Assembly: GCA_043812955.1 (NCBI GenBank)
Contig: JBDRLN010000066.1
Coordinates: 885 to 64,884 of the forward strand
Direction: 5' to 3'
Length of the DNA: 64,000 nucleotides
DNA from: Candidatus Omnitrophota bacterium
Lineage (GTDB): Bacteria; Omnitrophota; Gorgyraeia; Gygaellales; Profunditerraquicolaceae
The notes beneath the pieces were generated by a model. That model had not been told where the DNA came from, did not search any database, and saw only the letters and a program-made list of their open reading frames with translations. A program made the position numbers and the translations under genes. This document shows positions 26,779-37,560 of this stretch, one piece after another. The number at the start of each line of letters is the position of its first letter. Within the stretch, counting starts at the first letter, position 1.

Positions 26779-28170
26779 ATGGTGATGAATAAAAATATAA
26801 TCCCGATGCGGGAGCAGCCGGCTAAAGAGAGAATAAAAAATTTTAACGAAGTCCCTTTAGGCTATTCTCAGGACGAGGCAATCCAGGAGGCCTCGCGTTG
26901 CCTCCAGTGTGTTAAGAAACCCTGCATAGAGGGTTGTCCGGTGCGCATTGAGATCCCGGATTTTATTAAGGCTTTAAAAGAAAAAGATTTTCAAAAAGCT
27001 ATCGATATTATCCATAAAGATGATTCTTTGCCAGCTATGACAGGCCGGGTCTGTCCTCAGGAAGAACAGTGCCAGGTTTGTTGCGTTGTGAAAAAAACAG
27101 GCGAGGCTATTTCTATCGGCAGGCTGGAGAGGTTTTTAGCTGACTGGGATCTGGAAAATCGCAAAATCAGCAAACATTCTAAACCAAAAACAGATCCGCT
27201 GAAAAATATAAAGATAGCGGTAGTAGGTTCTGGGCCAGCGGGTTTAACTTGCGCCGCAGAATTAGCTAAAAAAGGCTACGCAGTCACAGTGTTCGAAGGC
27301 TACCATAAATTAGGCGGGGTATTAGTTTATGGTATTCCGGAATTTCGTTTACCTAAAGATATAGTAGCCAGTGAAATTGACCTTTTAAAAGAATTAGGGG
27401 TTAAATTCAGCACTAATGTTTTGATCGGCAGGGCCCTGACCATTGAGGAATTGTTTAAAGAAGGATTTAAAGCAGTGTTTATCGGTGCTGGCGCGGGCTT
27501 ACCGAATTTTATGGGTATACCCGGAGAGAATCTAAATGGTATATATTCGGCTAATGAATTTCTTATCCGGGTCAACCTGATGAAGGCATATAAATTTCCC
27601 GAATTTGATACTCCGGTAAAAAGGGGTAAAAAAGTAGCTGTGGTTGGCGGAGGAAACGTGGCTATGGATTCAGCCCGGACTGCCCTTCGTTTAGGCGCTG
27701 AGCATGTATATCTGATTTATCGGCGTTCAGAAAAAGAAATGCCGGCTAGGGTTGAGGAAGTTATTAGGGCCCGCGAAGAAGGCGTAGATTTTCGTTTATT
27801 GACTAATCCTATAAGATATATTGGCGCCCCAGATGGTTTTGTCAGGCAGGCAGAGTGTTTAAAAATGGAATTAGGCCCTGTTGATTCTTCGGGCAGGCAA
27901 AGCCCTGTACCGGTTAAGGGGTCAGAATTCATAATCGATGTCGATCAAGTGGTGGTAGCCATTGGCAATACCCCTAATCCTATTCTTAGCCGGACTACAC
28001 CGGGATTAAAGGTTAAGAAAAGGGGCGAGATTGAAGCTGATGATTCAGGCCAGACTTCTATGCCCGGAGTATTTGCCGGAGGGGATATTGTTACCGGCTC
28101 AGCTACTGTAATCACAGCTATGGGCGCAGGAAGAAAATCCGCCCAGGCGATAATAGATTACCTTAAATAA
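26779..28170 (+). CDS. NfnB/SudA (GltD-like) NADPH-dependent flavo-iron-sulfur subunit
   Basis: EASRCLQC, GCPV, GRVCPQEEQC, GSGPAGL, YGIPEFRLP, GGGNVAMD, FAGGDIVTG. Confidence 0.92.
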   Translation: MVMNKNIIPMREQPAKERIKNFNEVPLGYSQDEAIQEASRCLQCVKKPCIEGCPVRIEIPDFIKALKEKDFQKAIDIIHKDDSLPAMTGRVCPQEEQCQVCCVVKKTGEAISIGRLERFLADWDLENRKISKHSKPKTDPLKNIKIAVVGSGPAGLTCAAELAKKGYAVTVFEGYHKLGGVLVYGIPEFRLPKDIVASEIDLLKELGVKFSTNVLIGRALTIEELFKEGFKAVFIGAGAGLPNFMGIPGENLNGIYSANEFLIRVNLMKAYKFPEFDTPVKRGKKVAVVGGGNVAMDSARTALRLGAEHVYLIYRRSEKEMPARVEEVIRAREEGVDFRLLTNPIRYIGAPDGFVRQAECLKMELGPVDSSGRQSPVPVKGSEFIIDVDQVVVAIGNTPNPILSRTTPGLKVKKRGEIEADDSGQTSMPGVFAGGDIVTGSATVITAMGAGRKSAQAIIDYLK

Positions 28171-28191
28171 AGCGCTAGCCAGTAGAGATAG

Positions 28192-28324
28192 CTTGCGCCG
28201 CAAAAGCCTTTGCGGCACCAAGCAAAAAATAAACGCCACTCCGGCATTGATCGAGGAACTTGCGCCGCAAAAGCCTTTGCGGCACCAAGCAAAAAATAAA
28301 CGCCAGCCGGCATTTTTTGCTTGA
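28192..28324 (+). repeat. Tandem duplication (67-nt period) of structured family E element
   Basis: cttgcgccgcaaaagcctttgcggcaccaagcaaaaaataaacgcca..ccggcatt at 28192 and 28259. Confidence 0.9.
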
Positions 28325-28453
28325 CAAAGTATTGAGGGTACTTTAAGATAAACTAGTTAGAAGATAGTGTCTTTTACAGCTTTTAGCAAAAGTGCGTAAG
28401 TTTTAATGACAAAGACGTCTTAGGAAACTTTAAAAGGCGTCTTTTATTTTTTA
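28321..28453 (+). promoter_or_regulatory. gdhA promoter plus ANTAR-type hairpin/terminator leader
   Basis: TTGACA-17-TAAGAT; GAC-AAAGAC-GTC (28408-28419) overlapping aaagacgtctt/aaggcgtcttt + T-tract. Confidence 0.72.
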
Positions 28454-28501
28454 ATAAGGATTGCCTTAAAAATAGGCAAGAAATATTTAAAAAAGGAGTG
28501 A

Positions 28502-29842
<1,341 letters not shown>

Positions 29843-29865
29843 TAAAGAATAAATAAGTACGCTTT

Positions 29866-29904
29866 GCGCCCCTCCTGAAATCACAGGAGGGGCGTTATTT
29901 TTTT
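29866..29904 (+). terminator. Intrinsic terminator after gdhA
   Basis: gcgcccctcctg/caggaggggcgt stem + T-tract. Confidence 0.85.
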
Positions 29905-29955
29905 GAAAATAAATCTTATTGCTAAGGAAGCAATTCAGGATTAAAATAATAATCT

Positions 29956-30606
29956 ATGCGCTACGAAAATAAACCCCAAGAAGAATTGTTCAGCGAGTTG
30001 AAACAGCTACGTAAGGGAATGGCCGAATTGAAAAAAGAAAAACTTAAACGCCAGAAGGCTGAAAAGGCCTTGGAACGGATCAGGGAGGATTTGGAAGTCC
30101 GGATCCAGAAAAGGACCTTGGAGATCAGTCGGGTCAATGTTGATTTAAAAGAAGAAATTAGTAGGTATAAGCAGGCCCAAGGAGAGATCGAGGAACTTGA
30201 GCGCCAGATAGAGTTTATCTTGGGAGCTACTAAGACCGGCCTGGATATTATCGATAGCGATTTTAATATCTGTTTTATTGACCCGCAATGGGCTAAAGTT
30301 TACGGTGATCCCAATGGAAGAAAATGCTACGAGTATTTTATGGATGGCTTTAAGCCTTGCCCGAAATGCGGAGTAAAGAAGGCTTTAGAAACCAAGACTA
30401 CGGTTATAACCGAAGAGAGTTTAATCAAGGAGAATAACCGACCAATCCAGGTGATTACCATACCTTTTCAGAATAAGGATGGTGAATGGATGGTAGCTGA
30501 AGTTAATATCGATATAGCTGAACGTAAACAAATCGAGGCGCAATTACGTAAAAAAATCAATGAGTTAGAAAAGACTATTGCTGAGCTGAAAAAAAATAGA
30601 GTTTAA
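29956..30606 (+). CDS. Stand-alone coiled-coil / PAS protein without output domain
   Basis: N-terminal coiled coil, PAS with GRKCYE...PCPKCG, DIAERK end, short C-terminal coiled coil. Confidence 0.75.
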   Translation: MRYENKPQEELFSELKQLRKGMAELKKEKLKRQKAEKALERIREDLEVRIQKRTLEISRVNVDLKEEISRYKQAQGEIEELERQIEFILGATKTGLDIIDSDFNICFIDPQWAKVYGDPNGRKCYEYFMDGFKPCPKCGVKKALETKTTVITEESLIKENNRPIQVITIPFQNKDGEWMVAEVNIDIAERKQIEAQLRKKINELEKTIAELKKNRV

Positions 30607-30618
30607 AGCTCCAGAAAT

Positions 30619-30720
30619 TTGACCAACGCCCGATAGTGGGGTATAGATAAACAACAAGACACAATAGCGTGCCAAGAGTAGATAGGGGCGTTCTAAAAAA
30701 GAACGCCCTTTTATTTTTAT
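30619..30720 (+). promoter_or_regulatory. Promoter, degenerate ANTAR-like hairpins and terminator
   Basis: TTGACC-17-TATAGA; CAC-AATAGC-GTG (30660-30671); gggcgttc/gaacgccc + T-tract. Confidence 0.5.
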
Positions 30721-30739
30721 GCTCCATATAAATGATAAA

Positions 30740-30894
30740 TTTCTCTTAATCCTTTTGGTCTACTAAAAAGACAAAGAGAAAGCGGGTGAACCAAGGCGTT
30801 TTTTGCAAGATCTTGGGGCGAATCTCTAATTTGTTAGATCAGGGTTTCTTAATCCGAGCCCGACAGCTAACCCCGTAAGCCGATAATGAGAGAA
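30740..30894 (+). ncRNA. c-di-AMP (ydaO/yuaA) riboswitch
   Basis: Conserved blocks CTTAATC, AGCGGGtGAaCCAA, TTGGGGCGAATC, AGGG, CCCGACAGCTAACCCCGTAAGC; P1 ttctctta/tgagagaa. Confidence 0.88.
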
Positions 30895-30898
30895 CACA

Positions 30899-30925
30899 CC
30901 GGAGAATGCGTTCTCTGGTTTTTTT
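30899..30925 (+). terminator. Expression-platform terminator of the riboswitch
   Basis: ccggagaa-tgcg-ttctctgg + T7. Confidence 0.8.
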
Positions 30926-31130
30926 ATTTGGTGGACGCCGCGCCTAAAAATCATAAACATTAACAAATATGTTTTTTGTATTAGAGCTTTTCAGGGGAGG
31001 CAATACTTAATCTAGAGATAAGTATTGTGTCTCTGGATAAATTTGTGGTAAAATATAAGCTAAAGATTGTAATAAGCATCCCGACTAATGGGTATGTTAG
31101 GTGTTAAGCTTTCTGCGCAAGGAGGAAGTT

Positions 31131-33320
31131 ATGGGATTAAGGCAAAAAGCATTATTCAGGATTAAGAACGTAGAATTGAAAAAGATCGAACACCCCAAGA
31201 AAATATCTTCTTATTTTGGCGAGAATACCTTTAGCTTGGAGACTATGCGAAAGCATATATCCAAGACTACCTTTGGGGCATTTAAGTCCTGGATGTCAGA
31301 AGGTAAGACTATAAATATTAAGCAGGCTGATGAGATTGCCGCAGCGATGAAGGATTGGGCGATCTCAAAAGGCGCGACTTATTATACGCACTGGTTTCAG
31401 CCGATGACCGGACTTACTGCCGAAAAGCACGATAGTTTTATTTCAGTAACCGGACCCGGAAAAGTTATTGAAAAATTCTCCGGAAATAAATTAATTCAGG
31501 GTGAGCCTGATGCTTCAAGTTTTCCTTCAGGCGGGATCAGGGCTACTTTTGAAGCCAGGGGATATACTGCCTGGGACCCCTCAAGTCCGGCTTTTATCAT
31601 TGAAAGCGCTTTAGGCAAAACTTTATGCATACCTACTATTTTTATTTCTTATCATGGTGAGGCTTTAGATAAAAAACTTCCCCTGCTTCGTTCTGATGAA
31701 GCCTTGAATAAATCAGCAACCAGATTACTAAGGGCCTTTGGCCGTAAAGACGTAAAAAAAGTTTTTTCCACCTGCGGACCGGAACAGGAATATTTTTTAA
31801 TCGACCGCAATTATTATAATTTAAGACAGGATTTGTTATTAACCGGCCGGACTTTAGTTGGGGCTGCCTCTCCTAAGGGCCAGCAGTTAGAAGATCAGTA
31901 TTTCGGGACGATCAAGGAGCGGGTAGTTAACTTTATGTTTGAGGTAGCCGAAGAAGCCTATAAGTTGGGTATTCCGGTAATGACCAGGCATAATGAAGTT
32001 GCTCCGCATCAATATGAATTCGCTCCTATATTTGAGGAGTCAAATTTAGCCGCGGACCATAATCAGCTTTTAATGGAGTTGATGAAAAAGGTGGCTTTAA
32101 GACACAACCTGATTTGTCTTTTGCATGAAAAACCTTTTGCTGGAATTAATGGAAGCGGAAAGCATATTAATTGGTCTTTAGCGGACAGTAAAGGGAACAA
32201 TCTGCTTAATCCCGGAGAGACTCCGGAGGATAATCTTCAGTTTTTAGCAGTGTTAGCAGCGGTATTAAGGGGGGTTTATCTGCATGGCGACCTGCTTAGG
32301 GCTAGTGTTGCTTTAGCCGGCAATGAGCACCGTTTAGGAGCTAATGAGGCACCGCCGGCGATTATCAGCGTTTTCTTAGGAGGGCAATTAACCACAATTC
32401 TGAATATGATTGAAAAAGGGGTAAAATCCAAGGTCTCCAAGCGTGATATTATTGATTTAGGGATAGCCCGCCTGCCAAAATTCAACAAAGACTATACTGA
32501 TAGAAATCGTACTTCTCCATTTGCCTTTACCGGTTCCAAGTTTGAATTCCGGGCCGTAGGTTCATCCCAGAATATCTCCACCGCTATCGCAGTGATCAAT
32601 ACTATTATTACTGAAAGCCTGGATTATGTCGCTGATAAGATCAGTAAGGCCCAAGGAGATGATTTCAGTGCTAAAGTAATGCAAGTGATCGCTCAGGTAG
32701 TTAAGGAAACTAAGGATATCCGTTTTGAAGGGAATAATTATTCTCAAGATTGGATAAAAGCAGCTAAGAAAAGAGGCCTGCCTAATATCGCCTCAACAAT
32801 AGAGGCGCTTAAGGCTTTGACCGAACAGAAAAATATCAATCTTTTTGAAAGATATAATGTTTTCTCCCGGGAAGAATTAATTGCCCGGCATCATATATGG
32901 GTCCAAATGTATAACCTGACCCTGGAAATCGAGGCTAATACCTTAAATGAAATGGTCAACGCCAGCATCGTGCCGGCAGGATATGAATACGAAAAACTCC
33001 TGGCAGGAAACCTTAAAAAAATAGTTGAGCTGGTAAAACAAGCTAAACTTAAGCTGAGCCCGGATGTAATCAAAGACCAGAAAGAACATTTAAGTGATGT
33101 GGTCAGCAAGATCTATTATGTCCGGCGCAATACCAAAGAATTAGTAAAGCTTTTGGAAAAAGCCAAAGGCAGGAATAATGACTCTAGGGCCAATTTGTAT
33201 TTTAAGGAACTTAAGCCCTTAATGGAGCATATCCGCAAGCATGTGGATGCCTTAGAATGCGTTGTCCCGGATGAGCTTTGGGAATTACCGAAATACCGGG
33301 AAATGCTTTTTATTAAATAG
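31131..33320 (+). CDS. glnA: Glutamine synthetase type III
   Basis: HWFQPMTGLTAEKHDSF, EPDASSFPSGG, RHNEVAP, HEKPFAGINGSGKH, HRLGANEAPPAI; SD AAGGAGG before ATG 31131. Confidence 0.96.
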   Translation: MGLRQKALFRIKNVELKKIEHPKKISSYFGENTFSLETMRKHISKTTFGAFKSWMSEGKTINIKQADEIAAAMKDWAISKGATYYTHWFQPMTGLTAEKHDSFISVTGPGKVIEKFSGNKLIQGEPDASSFPSGGIRATFEARGYTAWDPSSPAFIIESALGKTLCIPTIFISYHGEALDKKLPLLRSDEALNKSATRLLRAFGRKDVKKVFSTCGPEQEYFLIDRNYYNLRQDLLLTGRTLVGAASPKGQQLEDQYFGTIKERVVNFMFEVAEEAYKLGIPVMTRHNEVAPHQYEFAPIFEESNLAADHNQLLMELMKKVALRHNLICLLHEKPFAGINGSGKHINWSLADSKGNNLLNPGETPEDNLQFLAVLAAVLRGVYLHGDLLRASVALAGNEHRLGANEAPPAIISVFLGGQLTTILNMIEKGVKSKVSKRDIIDLGIARLPKFNKDYTDRNRTSPFAFTGSKFEFRAVGSSQNISTAIAVINTIITESLDYVADKISKAQGDDFSAKVMQVIAQVVKETKDIRFEGNNYSQDWIKAAKKRGLPNIASTIEALKALTEQKNINLFERYNVFSREELIARHHIWVQMYNLTLEIEANTLNEMVNASIVPAGYEYEKLLAGNLKKIVELVKQAKLKLSPDVIKDQKEHLSDVVSKIYYVRRNTKELVKLLEKAKGRNNDSRANLYFKELKPLMEHIRKHVDALECVVPDELWELPKYREMLFIK

Positions 33321-33335
33321 AAACCTAGAACAGCC

Positions 33336-33418
33336 AGGCACGTTGTAGTGCCTTAACTAAACCGCAAAAGAACAAAGGCGTTCATCACCATTATCATCGG
33401 GATGGACGCCTTTTTATT
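33336..33418 (+). promoter_or_regulatory. Two-hairpin ANTAR-type antiterminator element upstream of carA
   Basis: AGGCAC-GTTGTA-GTGCCT, then GAAC-AAAGGC-GTTC overlapping the aaaggcgttcatc/gatggacgccttt terminator. Confidence 0.78.
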
Positions 33419-33468
33419 AGAAAAATCTGACTTGCTTTTAATTTAATCTAAGTTAAAATATTAAACTT

Positions 33469-34650
33469 ATGGATAATCCAGCAATATTAGCCTTAGAAGA
33501 CGGTAGAATATTCAAGGGCAAGTCTTTTGGCGCCTCCGGCGAAAGATTTGGCGAGGTAGTTTTTAATACCAGTATGGCCGGGTACCAGGAGATACTTACT
33601 GACCCTTCTTATAAAGGCCAGATTGTGACTATGACTTATCCTCTGATCGGAAATTACGGGGTGAATAAGGAAGATGTAGAATCATTTAAGCCTTTTGTCG
33701 AAGGTTTTGTAGTCAAAGAATATAGTAAGATCGCCAGCAATTGGCGGTCCCAAACTACATTGGGGGAGTATCTTAAGGAAAATGATATTTTAGGAATTGA
33801 AGGTATAGATACCCGGGCCTTGACTTTGCATATCAGGCGAGCCGGAGCAATGAAAGCAGTTTTATCAACTATTGACCTGGATGAGAATAGTCTGATTGAA
33901 AAAGCCAGGAATTCTTCCGGGTTGGAAGGAATTGACCTAGTTAAAGAAGTTACCTGTAAGAAAAAATATATCCTCCTTCGTCAAACTCTTAGTGTGCTTG
34001 GTTCCAGAGGATTATCCGCCGAAGCTTTAGCGAAGGCGGATAGCCGGTCAAAAATAAATAAGGTTGGGTGTAAAATTGCAGTGCTTGATTGCGGAGTAAA
34101 ATACAATATATTAAGGGAGCTTTTAAAATACGGTTGTCAGGTTAATGTGGTTCCGGCATTCACAACTGCTGAGGAAATACTTAAAGATAAACCCGACGGA
34201 ATTTTGCTTTCTAATGGACCGGGAGATCCGGCAGCAGTTACATATGTAGTAGATACTGTTCGGAAATTGATCGGCAAAGTTCCGCTTTTTGGGATCTGCC
34301 TGGGTCAACAGATGTTAGGGTTGGCTCTGGGCGGGAAAACTTATAAACTTAAATTCGGCCATCACGGAGGAAACCAGCCGGTTAAGGATTTGAAAACCGG
34401 GAAAGTTTCTATCACTTGTCAGAATCACGGGTTCTGTGTAGATATCGATTCTTTACCCAAAAAAGATATTGAGATAACCCATAAGAATTTAAATGATCAA
34501 ACCCTGGAAGGTTTCCGGCATAAGAAATTTCCGATATTTTCTGTGCAGTTTCATCCTGAATCTTCTCCCGGTCCTCATGACGCGAGCTATTTATTTGAAG
34601 AATTTATTAAGTTAATTAAAAAGCAGGGACGGTTCTCAAAACAAAGCTAA
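33469..34650 (+). CDS. carA: Carbamoyl-phosphate synthase small subunit
   Basis: GEVVFNTSMAGYQE, SNGPGDP, GICLG, QNHGF, QFHPE. Confidence 0.97.
   Translation: MDNPAILALEDGRIFKGKSFGASGERFGEVVFNTSMAGYQEILTDPSYKGQIVTMTYPLIGNYGVNKEDVESFKPFVEGFVVKEYSKIASNWRSQTTLGEYLKENDILGIEGIDTRALTLHIRRAGAMKAVLSTIDLDENSLIEKARNSSGLEGIDLVKEVTCKKKYILLRQTLSVLGSRGLSAEALAKADSRSKINKVGCKIAVLDCGVKYNILRELLKYGCQVNVVPAFTTAEEILKDKPDGILLSNGPGDPAAVTYVVDTVRKLIGKVPLFGICLGQQMLGLALGGKTYKLKFGHHGGNQPVKDLKTGKVSITCQNHGFCVDIDSLPKKDIEITHKNLNDQTLEGFRHKKFPIFSVQFHPESSPGPHDASYLFEEFIKLIKKQGRFSKQS
33970..34042. repeat. In-frame palindromic insert(s) in the carA interdomain linker (family C)
   Basis: atcctc...gaggat followed by tatccgccgaagctttagcgaaggcggata, encoding LSAEALAKAD. 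Confidence 0.75.
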
Positions 34651-34699
34651 AGTGTCCCCTAAAAGGGGACACTTTAAGATTGCGCTGAGAACCGTCCCC
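34618..34699. repeat. Palindromic element family A, copy 2, overlapping the carA stop
   Basis: aaaaagcagggacggttctc...gagaaccgtccc. Confidence 0.9.
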
Positions 34700-34708
34700 G
34701 ATTAAAAA

Positions 34709-36370
34709 ATGCCTAAACGTAAAGACATCAAGAAAATAATGATTATTGGCTCAGGACCGATTGTCATCGGCCAGGCCTGTGAATTTGATTATTCCGGATC
34801 CCAGGCCTGCAAAGTTTTAAGGCAAGAGGGATTTCAGGTGATCTTGGTTAATTCTAATCCGGCTACTATCATGACTGATCCGGATATGGCAGATGCGACC
34901 TATATTGAGCCAATTACCCCGGATATAGTTGAGAAGATCATTGCCTTGGAAAGGCCTGACGCCCTGCTTCCTACTTTAGGCGGCCAGACTGCTTTAAATA
35001 CTACAGTTATTTTAGCTGAAAGAGGGGTATTAAAAAAATATAAAGTTGAAACTATCGGAGCAAACATCAAGGCGATTAAAAAAGCTGAAGACAGAAAGTT
35101 ATTCAAAGAGGCAATGCAAAAGATTGGCCTGGATTTGCCTAAAAGCGGAAGGGCTTATAATTTAAACGAGGCTTTAGAAGTTGCTGGAGAAATTGGGTTT
35201 CCTTTGATCATCCGGCCCAGTTTTACTTTGGGTGGTACCGGTGGAAGTATGGCTTATAATATCGAAGAGTTTAAAGGACTGGCTAAGCATGGTTTGGAAT
35301 CGAGCATGATCAACGAGATTCTGATTGAAGAATCTGTAGTTGGTTGGAAAGAATACGAATTAGAGGTAATGCGGGATTTAAAAGATAATGTAGTAATCAT
35401 CTGTTCTATTGAGAATTTTGATCCGATGGGAGTGCATACCGGCGATAGTATTACCGTTGCCCCTATTCAGACTCTGACTGACCGGGAATACCAGAAGATG
35501 CGCGATAGCGCTATTGCCTGTATCCGGGAGATCGGAGTTGAAACCGGCGGTTCTAATATCCAGTTCGGCGTGCATCCTCAAACCGGAAGGCAGGTAGTTA
35601 TTGAAATGAATCCCCGGGTTTCCCGCAGCTCAGCTTTAGCATCCAAAGCTACCGGTTTTCCTATCGCTAAAATAGCCGCCAAGTTAGCCGTTGGTTATAC
35701 CTTAGATGAGATAGCTAACGATATTACCAAAGAGACTCCGGCTTGTTTTGAGCCGGCAATAGATTATTGTGTGGTAAAAATTCCCCGGTTTACTTTTGAA
35801 AAATTCCGGGGAGCTAATACAGAACTTACTGTTTCCATGAAATCAGTTGGCGAGGTGATGTCTATCGGCAGGACTTTTAAAGAAGCTTTACAAAAGGGGA
35901 TTCGCTCTTTAGAGATAAAAAAATACGGTTTAGACAGCCTGATTTTTGCGGATTTGTCCAGGATAAGTCCGACTCCGGGAGAATTGGATATTATAGACCA
36001 GAAATTAAGGACACCTAACGCTGAAAGATTATTTTATCTGGCTGACGCTTTACGCTGCGGCATGGATATTGATAAGATCTATGAAATGACCAAGATCGAC
36101 CGCTGGTTTATTTATAATATTAAAGAGATCATTGATCTGGAGAAAGAAATTATAAAAAATAAAGCTAATCTCGAAAAAGAGTTTTTAATTACCGCCAAAC
36201 AATACGGCTTTAGCGATAAACAATTAGCTAGGCTTACCGGTAAAGCCGAAGAAGATATTTATAAACTTCGTAAGTCTTTTAACATCTCTCCTGATTTTAA
36301 GCTAGTGGATACCTGCGCCGCCGAATTCCAAGCCCACACTCCTTATTTTTACTCCACCTACGACAAATAG
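34709..36370 (+). CDS. carB: Carbamoyl-phosphate synthase large subunit, N-terminal half (split CarB)
   Basis: [49 protein letters not shown]; ends at YFYSTYDK after 553 aa. Confidence 0.93.
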   Translation: MPKRKDIKKIMIIGSGPIVIGQACEFDYSGSQACKVLRQEGFQVILVNSNPATIMTDPDMADATYIEPITPDIVEKIIALERPDALLPTLGGQTALNTTVILAERGVLKKYKVETIGANIKAIKKAEDRKLFKEAMQKIGLDLPKSGRAYNLNEALEVAGEIGFPLIIRPSFTLGGTGGSMAYNIEEFKGLAKHGLESSMINEILIEESVVGWKEYELEVMRDLKDNVVIICSIENFDPMGVHTGDSITVAPIQTLTDREYQKMRDSAIACIREIGVETGGSNIQFGVHPQTGRQVVIEMNPRVSRSSALASKATGFPIAKIAAKLAVGYTLDEIANDITKETPACFEPAIDYCVVKIPRFTFEKFRGANTELTVSMKSVGEVMSIGRTFKEALQKGIRSLEIKKYGLDSLIFADLSRISPTPGELDIIDQKLRTPNAERLFYLADALRCGMDIDKIYEMTKIDRWFIYNIKEIIDLEKEIIKNKANLEKEFLITAKQYGFSDKQLARLTGKAEEDIYKLRKSFNISPDFKLVDTCAAEFQAHTPYFYSTYDK

Positions 36371-36412
36371 AGGGACACCCTTGCAGACAAAGCTAAGGAT
36401 GTCCCTTTTTTT
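36371..36412 (+). terminator. Hairpin terminator related to family A
   Basis: agggacaccctt/aaggatgtccct + T-tract; loop shares acaaagctaa with family A. Confidence 0.65.
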
Positions 36413-36415
36413 ATT

Positions 36416-36463
36416 CACCCCGTAGGTGGATTTAGGTCAAGCATGATATCCACCTACGGGGTG
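36416..36463. repeat. GTAG-type REP family D full copy
   Basis: CACCCCGTAGGTGGAT...ATCCACCTACGGGGTG. Confidence 0.88.
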
Positions 36464-36538
36464 TGTATGATTGCTCTTGACGCAGAGGGTTCTTAGGCAT
36501 AAAATACCTTATATTATTATCAATAAAAAGGAGAATTA

Positions 36539-37540
36539 ATGAAAAAAACTCTAGCTTTATTTCTAACAGTGATTTTTTTATCCGGATGTGCTACTTATAA
36601 ATACCAGCCCGGGAAAAAACCGTATGATGAGGGATATATAATCACTCGTAATCAACAGACTGTCCTAGAGTATACCTTAGGCGAGAATAATACAGTCCCG
36701 GATAAAGATTTAGCTACAGAGAGGTTCAAGAGGCGCAGAAAAGCCGTGGAGATTTTTTATAAGCGAATGGGCTATATTGAAAGTTACTACCGGCTTTATT
36801 TCTGGAATCATGTAGCGATGATGGCAGATGCGATCGGCGGGATTTTCCGGATGCCGGGAGTGGCTATTTCCGACTATAAATATAATCATGATCCCAAATA
36901 CAGGGAAAAGATTATAAAGCTCGAGGATGAGCAGGAGGCCAAAGAAGAAGTCAGGATAAATAAAATCAAGGCTGAATTAAGGGAGTATGTGAAAGAAGAT
37001 CTAGAAAGAGAAAAAGGCTTTTCTCTGCCAGTCAAAGAGACTAAACCTAAAGCTTCGGCTAAAATTAAGAAAATCAAATCTGCGGATTCATCTCAGCTGA
37101 TTGTGGAGATGGAAACACAGCCAAAGCCACAGCCAAAGCCCAAAGAGATTAAGCCTGAAAAAGTTAAGCCTGAAAAAGTTAAACCTGAAAAAGCTAAACC
37201 TGAAAAAGCTAAACCTGAAAAGGTTAAACCTAAAGTTATTGAGGCCCAGGGCCAGGCTGTTCCCCAACAGCCGGTAGCAGTGATAACCGCTAAACCCCAA
37301 AAAGGATACTCGCCTTTAATGGTTAAATTTTCAGCCAATAAATCTTATTCTCCTAAAGCCAGAATAGTTTCTTATTCTTGGGATTTTGGCGATTCCGATA
37401 CTTCTAATAAACCAACCGCTGTTAATACTTATTGGAGTGGTTCGTTTGAGCCCCGCTATTTTAATGTTATATTGACTGTTAAGGATTCCAACGGCAACAC
37501 TGCTCAGGCCAATACTACAATCGAGGTTATGAATAAATAG
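36539..37540 (+). CDS. Lipoprotein with KPEKV repeat linker and C-terminal PKD domain
   Basis: LSGC lipobox; YSWDFGD, LTVKDSNG PKD motif. Confidence 0.85.
   Translation: MKKTLALFLTVIFLSGCATYKYQPGKKPYDEGYIITRNQQTVLEYTLGENNTVPDKDLATERFKRRRKAVEIFYKRMGYIESYYRLYFWNHVAMMADAIGGIFRMPGVAISDYKYNHDPKYREKIIKLEDEQEAKEEVRINKIKAELREYVKEDLEREKGFSLPVKETKPKASAKIKKIKSADSSQLIVEMETQPKPQPKPKEIKPEKVKPEKVKPEKAKPEKAKPEKVKPKVIEAQGQAVPQQPVAVITAKPQKGYSPLMVKFSANKSYSPKARIVSYSWDFGDSDTSNKPTAVNTYWSGSFEPRYFNVILTVKDSNGNTAQANTTIEVMNK
37151..37231 (+). repeat. 15-bp coding tandem repeat, (KPEK[VA]) x5
   Basis: aa(g/a)cctgaaaa(a/g)g(t/c)t units. Confidence 0.92.
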
Positions 37541-37560
37541 GTTTAGAAAGAAAGGAAGTA

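Noticed and set aside
26779-28170. Bona fide glutamate synthase
   Set aside because: No GltB large subunit; pairing with the FAD/2Fe-2S gene indicates NfnAB/SudAB
28192-28314. Possible mini-CRISPR array
   Set aside because: Only two ~57-nt units separated by ~10 nt, no spacer-sized unique sequence and no cas genes; it is a tandem duplication
30789-30802. Additional ANTAR hairpin (GAAC-CAAGGC-GTTT)
   Set aside because: It lies inside the c-di-AMP aptamer and is explained by its conserved sequence
34709-36370. carB pseudogene
   Set aside because: It ends cleanly at the known split boundary with no downstream remnant or frameshift; a natural split is more likely
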